Source of the DNA: Lama guanicoe
Taxonomy: Eukaryota
DNA: 64,000 nt
Assembly (NCBI GenBank): GCA_013239625.1
Contig: MU056050.1
Location: 3,520,084 to 3,584,083, forward strand
Reading direction: 5' to 3'
Under the pieces are notes generated by a model, which was not told where the DNA came from, did not search any database, and saw nothing but the letters and a program-made list of their open reading frames with translations. The position numbers and the translations under genes are program-made. Position 1 is the first letter of the stretch; every line of letters begins with the position of its first letter. Shown here piece after piece: positions 38,486 through 52,062 of this stretch.

Positions 38486-40524
38486 TCTCTCAGGGAAGGA
38501 AAGCAGCTGCTCTCTGAACCTTTTAAATATTTAGTCAATTATCTTCATAGGTGTGTGTTCTTTTGGCCTGCTAGGCATTTTTCCTCCATTCTGATCTATT
38601 CATTCACATTAGCTTTGCAAGACTATCATTTTTCACCCATCTAAACCTTTTTAGTATGAAACAATACCTTTAAGTTAATATTACACAACTGACTCACAAT
38701 TCCCAAATTAAGAAAATAATTTTCACGAATGGACACAATATGTGAAAATCTCAACATCCTTTCTTCTTTTTTAATCTGCCATTCTATTTTCTGATCTGAC
38801 TTTTTTTCCCTGGAGTGCTCTGACCTTTTTGCCAACGGTACTCCCTTACAGGCAGCGCCACTAGAAGAACAGCAAGCGCAACTCCATGCATAGTTAAAAC
38901 TGACAAACCCATTTTAAATTCCCATTACAGACGGATCTCAATTAACTGGAACCCAATTTAAGAAAACCCTTAATGTATTTGCACTGTATATTTTGAAGGG
39001 CAATGCAAATTCCAAGATTTCAAGGATTTCATTTTTAATGTAAAATCATTGTTTCATGTGCTTTAAAGAATGTATCAAGTGATTCCAAAAACTTCTCACA
39101 AATTCAGATCATCCTTTTGATTTTTTTACAAGTAGAGTGAGAATTCATATTTGAATAACGATGTGTAGCACTGCCATATACAGGTATTAAAGAAAAAAAT
39201 CAATGCTTCCTAGACCCTACTTTCTAAGGACGTAACTCTGATGACTATTTTTAATAAGAATGAAGCCCAATGAGGGAAGTCTTTCAAGTAACTGAAGATT
39301 TTGATTAATCTGAAACCCCTACCCAACATCCTGCTACATTTTCACATATATTCCATCTAACAGAAGACTGAATATAGAAGCAATCATTTCCTCAATATTA
39401 CAGGTGACTTCTATCTTCATTGGCACATTTACCAAAAGAAAAGACACATTAACTTTCACCCAGTATGGTTCAACAGATGAAAGGAAGGAAAAATGGGAGG
39501 GTAAATAAGTGAATGCAATACCATGACAATACAGATATTTTACTTAGATTTTCCTAAAAATTTGATATATTCATTTCGGGAGGCAAATACTTGTTTTGTC
39601 AGTAAAATTATCTGAGTGGAAATATTTTTGCCATTGATATGGAGAAATGCCATGTTTATTTGCAGTCAATGATAACTATTAAATGGTTTTGCAAACATCC
39701 TCATTGGCCACTGTTGTTCCCTCATAGTCTGCAGGTATTTTCATTAGTTAGGGAGTCTCTTGGTTTTAGTAACTATATGTGGAAAAGATCACAGAATCAT
39801 TCAAATACAGAAGGCAGCTTGCACATTTGGGTTTGCAAAGATGCAAACAGTTATGAAGTACAGACACAAGCTTATCTATACAATGGCCAAATGAGTTTTT
39901 TAAAGTTTAAAACAATGCATTTCATTTACACGGCATTTAATAAATATAACTGATTAAAGATGTGGAACATTCCATTCTTTTCACATTATATATCTATGTG
40001 TTTAACTCACAAAGTAAATTTCAGTAGAATGCACATACCTTGAGAGATCCAGAAGTTATGGGAATCAAAAAGGAGACAGCTGAATAAAGGTCACCCTTGT
40101 AATTCCTGTAAACAAATTAGGCCAAATTATCCTTCAAACATATGTACCAGCAAGTCCAAAGCAGTCCCTATATGAGGGAAAGGAAGAGACATGTGGGGTA
40201 GGATTGGGAGTGGGCATGGGAGTTGTGAATATAAGACTTCATTTTGCAATTCATAAGGGATAAAGGAGTCAGTTTCTTAAAAGGTCTTTATGAAACTTCA
40301 AACAACTGCATTAACTACACTGCTAATAAAGAATTTCTTAATTATGGATGAGTATACCTGGAGGGCTATGGAATTCTCACCCAAAGACTCTCCCAACCTA
40401 ATATTATTCAATTTTCACTCAATATACCATTCATTTTGAGATGAAATGCCCACAGTTTCAAGAAGTTTTCACCAATGTAATTTATAATAATTGTAATCTC
40501 TTGTATTAAGGCAGTCTTTCACAA

Positions 40525-40710
40525 TTGACAGAAAACCTTCATATACACATTTCATTTAATCCTCAAAACAACCCTGTTATAGAATTAGTAAATTGAGACC
40601 CAGAGAGCTTATAAATGGCTTGCACAAAATCACATATGTGGTTAGTGGCAGAGCCAGGACTAGAATCCATGTCCCCTCACTTTGGTTTCCAAAGTCCTAC
40701 ATGACTTCCC
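40525..40710 (-). mobile_element. MIR SINE
   Basis: 'tttcatttaatcctcaaaacaaccctg...aaattgagacccagagag...gttagtggcagagccaggactagaatcca'. Confidence 0.8.
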
Positions 40711-40899
40711 TATTCAAGTTATAAAATTGACTGTCTCCATATGCCACACTTGGTACTGGGCAATAGGGCAAGAAGTGTACCCTATAATGATCCCCATTAA
40801 TTTACACAACTTGACAGATACACTTCTCACTCTGATACATATAGTGCTCAATATGAAGTCACACAGATGTTTAACATATGAACTTTATAAAATCCTTCC

Positions 40900-41200
40900 T
40901 CTGTAATGTAAATTAGTACAGTATTTCTGGAGGGCAACTTGTCAGTAGATACCAAAAGCTTTAAAAACATGTGTTCCCTTCAATCTACTTACTCTATGTT
41001 TATATATTTATTTTGTCATGTTTATACATTTATAAGGCAATTATCAGAGATGTACACAAATAAGTATGTATAAGAACTTTTACATTTTTTTATAATAAAT
41101 ATTGGAAATTACCTAAATGCCCAATAATTGGTGCTTGGTTAACTAAGTCAAGGAAAAACATGATGTCTTACTAAAAAGCCATTAAATATGATAACGGGAA
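40900..41200 (+). mobile_element. Old L1ME fragment
   Basis: 'tgtaaattagtacagtatttctggagggcaacttg...ttggaaattacctaaatgccca'. Confidence 0.65.
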
Positions 41201-43839
41201 CCGTAAGGATATTAATTGTTATTCCATATCACCTCTACCTATGGCTTTAACTTGCTGCTTTTAAAGCAAGTTATACTTGCTTTGAAGAGTTGGGGAAGGG
41301 GAGAATTACAAAATTTTTCACCTCTCTGTGTCTCTGTCTCTTTCTGTATCTCTGTCTCTGAATATGTGTGTGTGTATACATATATATTTTATTGACATAG
41401 AAATATGTTAACAATATATTGATAAACAAAAAAGCACATTATTTTGCAATTTTTCTAAAATGAAACTATATCACCCATATATTAAAAGGATCTATGTTTT
41501 AAATTCTTCAAAAACCCATTTTAGAAAAGGCTGTGTGGTGAATTAAAGCTAAAGAAAAAGGAAAAGATTAACATTCCAATATTTTATGATTGGCACTTAA
41601 TTAACCTGATAGCCCCAATTTATCAATCAAGTAATTCCCAAACCTTTTTTTTAATATTTGAGGCAAAATCTCAGTAATAAGGGCAAACAACTTACAATTT
41701 CTACACAGTAAATCAAGACAGAAGACAATATCTAAATGTAATTTTTTTAAATGTAGGTCAATAACATCATTGTCACCTTTTACCAAGGTGACCTTACAGT
41801 GATAATAGACTATTATATTATTACTAATGATCTCTATATCCAATATACTATATATAAATCATTCATAATAGACTTAAGTGGTGCTCTTGATTAGTTGCAA
41901 TCTAATTGCCCGATGTGCATTTTTCATCACTGTTAACGTTGCTCAAAAAAGACATGGTTCTGCTCAAGTGTTCATGTAGTTCCATAATGGTGCTAAGTTT
42001 GAATCTTTCAAGGGAAGACATTTCAGAAAGTACTTAGATCTAGACTACAAAAAATATTCCTGGCTCTTCTGCCACATATACCAGAACAAGTCTGTAGAAA
42101 TTGGCTTCATACCCAACAGGCTGATTCTGCAAGGCAGCTAGAAAAATTGCTTTAAAAAATAGACTGGCCTACGTGCAGCATTTTGCCTGGGTGAGATACA
42201 CAGAGGACTGGGAAGCAAGAGGGCTTTAAAATCATATAGTTCTTCTCTGCTCACTTCTCAATTGTCTTCAGACTGAAGCTGCTAGGAGTCTATCTCCCCA
42301 TTTATGATTAGAGAGGTCCAGTTCACATGTTGATCTATACAAAATATCCCAGGTTACTTGTCATCACTTATCAGTTCCCAACATGCACAACTTCCCTCAC
42401 CTTTTACCTCTTTGTTCTACTCAAGAACTCATTTCCACAAAAGACACTGTTGACTGTGTTAATACTGCATGAGGGCTAGCTACTCTTTAAAAGAAGAAAA
42501 GTTAGAATGTTTGACAGGACCATCACTGAACGCAACCAAATAACGCACACCAGCAGGAGCCACAAATGTTAGAAATGCACCTCACAGAACTATTGGTCTT
42601 GGAGATAGGCTAGAGCCTGCAAGCAGAGTCCTAAATCCAAATCTGAACAGCTCATTAAGAGGTCATCTAACTCAAACTTTAATTAGTGCCACTGACTCTT
42701 GTTTGGTCCCACATAGAGAATACTATTCTTTATCTTTCAGCTCTCAGCTTCTTAAAATGAAACTATCATCTGAGATTGCCTATGGAGATAAAACGCATAA
42801 ATTGGAGGTGAGCAGAAAAAGGGTCTAAAAGTCTGGTTCAAAAAATATATACATTATATGGATATCCATATATGTGTGTATGGATAGATATCTTTCTCAG
42901 ATGTATTTTAGAAGTATAATTTCTATTCATTTAGAAAATGGGACTTTTTAAACTTTTTTCAATAATTACTCAATTATAAACTAATTATAACTATAACCCC
43001 TGTATTAACACTATCTCTATTTTCAAGGGACTTTGGACTACATACAGATCACACTGTATTTTACTAATGAGTGTATCTTTACCTATTGCTACACATGCTT
43101 TGAAAACCCTAATGCTATTTTTCTAATGGGACACTTACTCAAAAACCTTATAGAAAATAATTGTGTTAATAACAGAGACAGTTTCCCCATTACAATGATC
43201 AGTGCCCTCCGACAATTAATGCTGCAACATTTTGCACTGTCACTTTCTTCCTCAGGGCCTAGAGAACTTCTAGATTTACATTATTGGCTGTGGCTTCTTT
43301 TCTTTCCTGGCAATACAGGCATTCCTAACGATGAGACCTGTCAAAACTTTTCAATGCTATTTTTCTTCTCTTCCATTATAGGTGACTGTGGCTGAATAGC
43401 CAAGTAATCTATAGTCTAACTTCACTTAATTGTTTTTACTACATGACATGAAGAAATATAGTGAGCAATCACTTCCGTTTTACATGAAGCAAATTGCTAC
43501 TGCTTTCTACAGCAATATGAAGAAGTTTTAACTTGCCTAATCTCCCTTGAACATCCTGTTTAAATCCTGACAGGATAAACTCAACCATCCTTGGTTCTCC
43601 AGTGAGTGAAGATCACATTGGATCACTGGATCTCGATTATTTTCCCTATCCGTAGACCTCTTCAAAATAAAGCAACCAGAGAACAGTTGGCCCCAATTAC
43701 AACTGGTATATTCCTCTCCCTCCAGCACCATCTCTCGAGAACAGATTTATCCTCCTTGTTGTTTATTATCTAAACCGCACTTCTAAGGTGCCAATACTTA
43801 TATTTGTTTTTGTTTCCTCTTTGTTTCATAAATGTATTT

Positions 43840-45350
43840 TTTTCTGTAATGAAAGTTATACAGACTTATTATAGAAAATCTGAAAAATGCACAAAGCATA
43901 AAGGAAAAATATCACCTACTATCCACCTCCTCCAAACAGATATAGTTATTTTTTAGCACTTTTGTGCATCTTTTTCCAGTCCTTTTCTTTCTTTCTTACA
44001 TATTGGGTAGATACAATTTTGTATCCTGCTTTATCACTTGATAGTATAACATAAACATTTTCATTTTATCATAAAATATTTGTAAATATCATCTTTAATG
44101 GCCATAAATTACTACATTGTCTAAACGTACCATAAATCACTTAGCAATTCCCTTGATGAACATTTAAGTTCTTTCATTTTTTTCCACTATTACAAATAAT
44201 GCTTGGTGAAAATCTTTGCAAATAAAGCCTTTTCTGCCCTTCACATTATTTCTTTAAGATAAATTCTCATTAGTAGAATTACTGGGTCAAATGGTAGGAG
44301 CATTTTTAAGGCTTTTGCGGCAAACTGCCAAATCTATACCAATTAACATTTCATCATGTCCTTATTATTTACTCATTGATTCAACCAATACTTATGAAAC
44401 AGCTGCTGTGTACCAGGCACTGTGCTAGGTGATATGGATCCAGTAGTGAGCAAAACAGATGCAAAGTCCATGCCCGTGGGGAGCTAATATATTAGTAAAT
44501 TTGATAAATCTAAATAAACAAGAATACAGTGTGACACCAGGTAGTGATGAGTAATATCAGGAAAAATAGAAGTGGATAAAGGCATAGAAAATAAAAAATC
44601 ACAATTAGATTCATTACGTAGGATGGCCAGGGAAGGTCTCTTTGATGAAGGAAAATTGTATCAAAGATTTCAATGAAGTGATAAAGTAAACCTGTAGAAA
44701 TCTTAGAGAAAATTCATTTCAGGAAGAAGAAACAGCAAGTGCAAAGGCTGTGAGAGACAAAAATGCACAGCATGTTTTAGGATCAAAATGGAAGGCAGTG
44801 TGGCTAGAATGTTGTGAACAAGGTTTAGTGGGAAGAATGGTAAGACATGAGACCAGATAAACAGTCAGGGACCAGATCCTGCAAGACTGTGTAAGACATA
44901 GTAAAGATTTTTAAAGTTTTTTTTAAATTTAATTTAAGTGTGACAAAGCCAGCTATCAGAGTGCAGAGAGTCGGAAGACTGCAAGATCTTATTTATTTTT
45001 TAAAAGGATCACCCTAGTTGCTGTGTGGAAAAATATATGGGGAGGAAAATGCATGTAAGGGCATCAATTAGGAGGCATTTCAGTAGTCTAGGTGAGAGAT
45101 GATGGAGGTTTGGTCTAAAATACTAATGATGAGTGAGGAGAAAATGATTCAAACAGAGGACATGGATTGAAGGTAGAGTCAACAATGTTTGTTAATTGGT
45201 TGGATGTCAGGTGTGAAACAACAAAAAAAAAACCCTTGTATTTATTGTTTCTAATTTGCATTTATTTTGATTATTGAAGACTGAGTTTTTTTCACATTTA
45301 TTAGCCATTTTAATTTCCGCTTATGAATTATCTCTCCATGCCTTGGCCCA
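43840..45350 (-). mobile_element. Old L1ME fragment split by an L2 (L1 parts ~43840-44345 and ~45240-45350)
   Basis: 'gtagaattactgggtcaaatgg...aaactgcc' resumes as 'taatttgcattta...catttattagccattt'. Confidence 0.65.
44368..45220 (-). mobile_element. L2a-like 3' fragment
   Basis: 'tttactcattgattcaaccaatacttatg...gtgtaccaggcactgtgctagg...acagcaagtgcaaaggctgtgag...gtagtctaggtgagagatgatgg'. Confidence 0.85.
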
Positions 45351-45354
45351 TATG

Positions 45355-45950
45355 GCACTAATAAAATCCTTTCCTCCCTTAGCTTCTATTTCATTGTTTC
45401 CTGGTTTGCCTCCTATCTCTCTGACCTTATTCTTGACTTGATCTCTCTTCAAGGCTCTTCTTATTTCACCAACCTCTTAAGTTCAATGTTTCTCAAGATT
45501 TCATCTTTCCTTCTCTTCTTACTCTATATACACTTCCTAGATGAACTCACCTTCCTATTCCTATGATTTCAACTACTACATTGACTGATGATATACAAAT
45601 CTCTACTTTAAGGCCTGATCTTCAGATCTGTAATTTCCATCTGTGACAAATCATCTCCATCTGGATGTCTAGATAGTGTCTCACATTAAATAAATGCAAA
45701 TCGGACCTCATTATCCCCACCCAAACTGACTTTTTCTGCGCTCCCTATGTTGCCTAATGGCATTACACAATTTCCCGATCCCAAAGCCTCAGTGTCAACT
45801 CCTCCCTCTCCCTCAGCCCATAAATATAATCAAATGTTACCTTATGAATGGCCCTCAAAGTTGTCCTTAATGTCTCACTGCTACTACTCTTAATGCACTT
45901 CAATCCATCCTTCATACAGGTGTCATCTTTCTAAAACTCAAAGTTGGTGA
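45355..45950 (+). mobile_element. L2 fragment
   Basis: 'gactgatgatatacaaatctctac' (decayed ADD motif); 'catctccatctggatgtc'. Confidence 0.7.
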
Positions 45951-48900
45951 GTTGCCCCTCACCCCCGCAACTTTAAAGCCTCTCATCTAATTCAGTAGCT
46001 TTTGCTACAATGCAGTACATTGTGTGATTTTGGATAAACATCAGAAAAACCACCATTTCCCAGTATAAATCTCCATGCGTGAAAACCCTAACACATTCAT
46101 TCATTCAACAAACATGTACTAAGCACCCTCTGTGTGTCAGGCACATATTAGGAAATAAAATAAGACATTATCCCTGACGTCTGTTCCCCAGACTTGGGCA
46201 GGAAATAAAATGACACTCTATTTTCCTGGGTTGGTATGTCCTTTCACAATCTTTTAGCCATGTAGAATGTGGTTCTCCGTATCTTCTGACTAAAAAATTC
46301 CTACCTATTCTTTAAGAGCCAATTCAAATGACTTACCCTTTATAAAGTTAAATCTACCTTTGAGTTTCCAAAACATTCTAATTATTCCTCTTCTAGGGCA
46401 TCTGTTACATAAGAATATGCTTACATGTCAGTCCGCTCAATAGATAGTAAGTTTTTTTGATGTCTTTCCATCAGTGAGTAAACAGGGTCATTTAAAAAAT
46501 TTAGGTGAATTAATGGATAATTGAACAGATAAAGTTTTTTTCTTCATGAAGATTGTTTTATGATGTATAACAAAAACTGTGTAATACTGAAGTATTCAGT
46601 GAAAAACAAAAAAAGAAGAAGCTACTCCATGAGACTCGGAGAGTCTTTGTGGAAAACACTTGTGATTTCAAGACTCATTATCTCAGAGCTCTGTGCAAAC
46701 ATTGTTTCTTCTTCTGCCTTTTCAACAACAAAGCAATCTCAAGTATTTTGTGAAATATCTGGGACCAGAGTTCTCTTCTTACTAAGTCTATAGCTGTTTT
46801 ACATATTTTCTTAAACATGTTTTATTTCATGTTTAACAGAAATATATTGCTAAATTTTTCTCTATTTTGTGTTAAATTACCCTTAGAATATTTCCCTTGC
46901 ACTGAATTCTAATTGTTTATATTAAAATTACTTCACTTTCACAAGTTGTCCAATGTTTCAACAAGGCAAAATCTCAAAAAAAAGGAAAAGAACAAAACAA
47001 AGAAAAAACAGTAGCACCCCTGTGTTAACACTTCATGTATTTGAAACCAAAAATAAACGGTGTCACACCTAAGTGTTGACATTTTATTAGACTAAACGTG
47101 AAAGATTAATCACAAATGCACTGGCAATGTATGGATGTGTGCACAGAATAAATCTGTAATAAAGGGTACCAACCCAGAAAATTGGTGTGTTATTTTAGCT
47201 CCAGCCTAAGATAATTGAAAGAATGTATGAGCCAACACGAAACAAAAGTAATATTTTACATTATACTTATAATTTGCTAGGATATACCTAAGGAATTGGT
47301 CAGATTTAGAAAAAGAATAAAAAGATTAATCTCTCCCAAAAGTTTAGTGAATGTCACAGAACTTCTTTTCACATAAATCTATATACTACCACAAGTCTTG
47401 GAAATAGTTGAAAGATCAAGAAAGAAAGGAAGGAAGGGAAGGAGGGAGGAAGAAATGAGAGTGATTTTATTGATATTTCAAGGTACAAAGAGTCTTCTCA
47501 AGTCTAAGCAATAGGTATCACTTGGCCAATCAACTGCACAGCCTTCTACCTAAGAGGTCACTAGATCTCATTAGTGAAATTAATAAAAGGAGTTTCTCAT
47601 TTGACCTGCACAGCAATTCTGTCAATGCTTCCCTACATCGCTGAAAGCTCTAAAGATATGAGTCACAATCATAAAAATATATATTCATTTCAAGCATACA
47701 GTAAGCAAACAGGTGATGTCCTTGTATGTTTCTGTAAATGATGCTTGAAAAATCCATGTCAAAAATGTACATATACTTTAAATACTTCTTTAGAAAAAAA
47801 ATTCCATCCCCACACACATAAACACAAACATATTTGGGGGCTAGTTAATAGAACAGAAGATCACACACCAATATCATTCAAATGCTTGCATTTAAACAGA
47901 GCAGCTTTTAAAAAAGAAAATCATTAATGCTAAAGCAAGAGGTAACGCACAGAGTATAAATTCAAAATGTTGATCAGAAGCATTTTGTTGATAGCAATTG
48001 AGTTAGCTAGGAACATTTCAGGTTTAGAAAGCTTCCAGCCACTGTGTGGTTGTAGTGTATTTATACACCTCTATATTTAAACACAGGTGGTAATTAGCAA
48101 GATTAAGACACCTTTAATAAGGCATCATCATAGGTGCAAAGGATGTGTAGCATAAGATGAGTCTATTATCAATAACTTTGCTGAATTAATCATCTCTTAG
48201 GACATTTAATTTTAAATATACCTGAAAAAACCTGGATTACTGAGATAGGCCATCTGCAGTATCTTTTTCTAATTTCTCTGAACAACTGTAGAATTTTCTT
48301 AAAATGTCTATATGCAGCTGGGACACAGGGATTGCAACATCTAATAAACCAATTGTCCATCTAATCTGGCACCTTCTTTTTGACAGGTGTCTAAACCACA
48401 CAGAGGCATTAGAAGTAATATAAACACTTAGAATCCACCAATTATGCAAAACTATGCAACTGGGAAATTTTCTCCTTGACCTTAGCCTGCGATCAGATTT
48501 TCCCTGAAGTATGCAAACTGATAGCAATGTACTTTTATTTTGGCTGCTTTAAAAGCCCTCATTCATACAGGCAGCTAAAAACACTGAGCTGTGATTCCAA
48601 ACATTAAAATGAAACTGAATTTCCTTTGATAAAACCATATAGGGGTTTGCTGAATGTCACACACATATACATGCACACACACATATATATATCTGCAATC
48701 AGCTATTCTTAATATTTACAGTACCTTTCATCTAAATAGGAAAAAAATTTAAAAGTAAATATTTAGTAATTTTAAAAGGAAAACTGAGGCTATAACTAAC
48801 TCCACACCATCATTTGGATAAACAGTTAAAATTCATTGATCAGATCTTTGAAACTATCCAGATGATTAACTAATGTTTTTTCACTGTACACCCAAAGGCC

Positions 48901-50591
48901 AAGCACCTGCTGAAAGGTTAGAGGAAATCGACATGACACAGAAGATATGACATAGATAGATACTAGGAAATCTACATGTTCAATAATGCTGATTGACAGA
49001 ATTGTTCATGTTTTACTCAGATATTTTAGTATATTTACTCAGATATAGCTCAAGTAACAAAAATAAACCAATTAACAAAACATATGCAATTCAATACACC
49101 AAAACTGGATCCTGATATTAAAAATGTTCTCTAAAATGTAAAAATGAAAATGATTTTTACTAAACTTTTAAAGCACTACTTCATTCTATCTTTAATAATT
49201 CTGTCTGAGACATTTATATTTTGAAATTCTAGTCACTCTAAAACAGAAAATTACCTGGTGACATATAAATATAGATACAGATTTTGATAGCCATTCTTTT
49301 TTTTCCGTATCACAATCCTTTTTGGGAATCACTCTTTCCTAGCCATAATATAGAAATTTGTTTACAGCTTTAAATTCAGGGAAAAAATATTAGTTTATCA
49401 GAACCCATAGCTGATAATATTGCAAAAAGCTTAACATGGATTGTAATTCAGCTCATATTAGAGTTTGTGATCCCAAAATTCAATTTTGTAAGTCATAATC
49501 AGAAACAAAAATGTTACAACAGAATATGAGAAACATTAAAAGGCAATTTCCTCATTGTTGACTACTTATCAATTGACAACTTAGTCAATTAATATTAAAA
49601 CAATCAATATGGTTTATGCTGACGGGTAAAATAAGTGTTTACAGATTTCAAATAAATGTATTCAAATCCATTTGGTCTCGGTAATAAAAAAAAAGTGGGG
49701 CGCAATATTTTAATAAAATTACTTTTATACTTGAAAAGGGAAAATAATAATCTTACTGGAAAATTCCAGCATTATTTATATTTAACTTTACTATGATCTC
49801 TAACTAGGCTTCTTCAAAGTCTACAAAATCGTAATTTGAATGAACATGTATTTTCAATGTAATATCTATTATGAAACTATTTTACAGCTGTGAATGTCCT
49901 CATAGAACAAAAAATGCCCTGCAGCAGCATACACATAAATACCAATAGGAATGAACAAATCACACCTCTATTTCTGTGATTATTTTTAAAGAACTGCTTG
50001 AGTAGGGACATGGAGGGTTGCAGTACGATCTTCAGGAAAATGACAGAGATGGCACAGATTTTTGTTCTGCTTAATCATTTATTGCTTGCAAATTCAATCC
50101 CCCAGCCTTTTACAGTTACTTTCAGGGACCAACAGCCTGACATGTAATTAAATTAACAAACAGGTTCCCATCCTGAATTAGTGACTCCCAGCTGTCTGTC
50201 CCATCTAGTTTCCATGGCAGTAGAAAAATCGGTGAAAACTGAGGTGCAGGAAATTGTAAGAAGCCAAAATATCAAACTCTTTAAGTTGATTTCTTTAAAC
50301 CGATGAATCAGTACTGGGGGCGAAGAGGGGGAGGCAGAATTGAATTTAAAGTGTTTTATTTCCTGGCTTGTTGAAAAGGCCAGTGTGTTTCTGTTTTTGT
50401 CATTGCTGAGGAATGCAAGCAACATCTCCTTACACATTTCATAGAAGGCTGTAGATTCAGGATGGCATTTAGTTCATTACATATTTTACAGTAACCCAAG
50501 AGTGTCTGAGGTACTCTATGTGTATTTTAAAGTGTTTCATTTTATGTTTTTCTTTTTTTGACATAGACATTAAGATTCATCAGCCTGATGA

Positions 50592-50719
50592 TAACTTTTT
50601 ATAATCAGCAGCTATATATCCAGCTGTGGATATATGCTGTTGATCATAATTGCTAAATATTATCCCTTACAATATTCTTCAGCATTTAATCTCCCTGTAG
50701 TTGTGCTAATAATCCAGTT
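50592..50719 (+). repeat. Copy A of a 128-bp local direct duplication (copy B at 51935-52062)
   Basis: 4 mismatches in 128 bp, no indels. Confidence 0.96.
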
Positions 50720-51934
50720 TACATGACTCCAAAACATCCAGAGACTAAGTAAAAAATTCTCTCAACCGACCAGATGTTTGTTTGCATCACCTCAAACAGC
50801 TGGATGGTTGACGGAACTTTTCACTCATATATTTGGGTGTCCCCTAGATATAGCCATAGAGACCTGTCATAAGTACCCAGAAAAAAATATTAATCTTGGC
50901 ACATACCTACCATAAACACAGATATGGAGGCTCCGACTAAGAGCTTCACAGGGTGTGATTCACTGATATGAAATGAGATGATTTAACACATTTTCCTGTG
51001 TCCATTTTCCAATTACCTTCTCTACTCATACAGTTAAGAGTAGGTGGGAATGGAGAATCCAATATTTCAGAATCATTACATCACATTGAAAACATCATCC
51101 AAGAGATAGTGGTTAGTTGGCATATATGCATGTTTCACCATATGCTATTGTTTACCTAAAGTGGAGACCTGGACAGGAAGTAAAAGTGAGATTTTTTTTT
51201 TTAATTTGTAAATTATCCAAGATTATACTTCCAGGTCTACAAATGAGTCCTGAAGTTACATAAGAATTTAACAGGCTTTATTTATCAGACTCTAAATTAT
51301 TATTTTTAAAACATTAGTAATCCAACATCAACTGTAAAAATATTTACTATCTCCAATTAAAACTAATTTGCTTTGATTGTATATAGAAATGTTAGCAGTA
51401 CAATTGATATAAATATTGTTATAAAACAATTTTCAGTTTATGTCATCATATTCCCATTTCCTCAGCCCCATTTTTCAGGGGTCCCAAATGTAAGCAGTTT
51501 CATTGGTCTTGCTAAATTGTACCATAGAACATATAGCAAACTACAAAATCTCTATACATTATATAAATTGTCATAACAGAGTACCACATACGGAAGAGGA
51601 ACATATGGTTGGACCATCAAGGTTGTTAGGAATAATCAAAAGCTGTGTGAAACCTTTTATAGCATTCACCTGCTCAAACTAAGCATGATTTTAGCTGGTT
51701 CTATTTGATATTTACTTTCCTCAGTTCTAAAAAAAAAAAAAAAAAAAAAAAAGGAAAACAGAAAGGAAAAGAAATAATATATTAAGTCAGGATTCAGAAT
51801 ATTTTACCGTTTAGGGAAAGGAAACATAAAGAGTAATCTCTATTCAAAATAGTGATTTAATCTAATACTCAGAATCTGCAGATGATTTAAAGCAGTTTTT
51901 GTATATGGGAACAGTTCTGAAATCTGATTCCTTT

Positions 51935-52062
51935 TAATTTTTTATAATCAGCAGCTATATTTCCAGCTGTGGATATATGCTGTTGATCATAATTGCTAAA
52001 TATTATCCCTTACAATATTCTTCATCATTTTATCTCCCTGTAGTTGTGCTAATAATCCAGTT
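51935..52062 (+). repeat. Copy B of the 128-bp local duplication
   Basis: ~97% identical to 50592-50719. Confidence 0.96.

Noticed and set aside
38848..38875. CTCF-like motif gcagcgccactagaag
   Set aside because: Spacing and 3' half do not match the CTCF core well enough
49011..49046. 14-bp direct repeat tttactcagatat(t/a)
   Set aside because: Small slippage duplication with no sign of function
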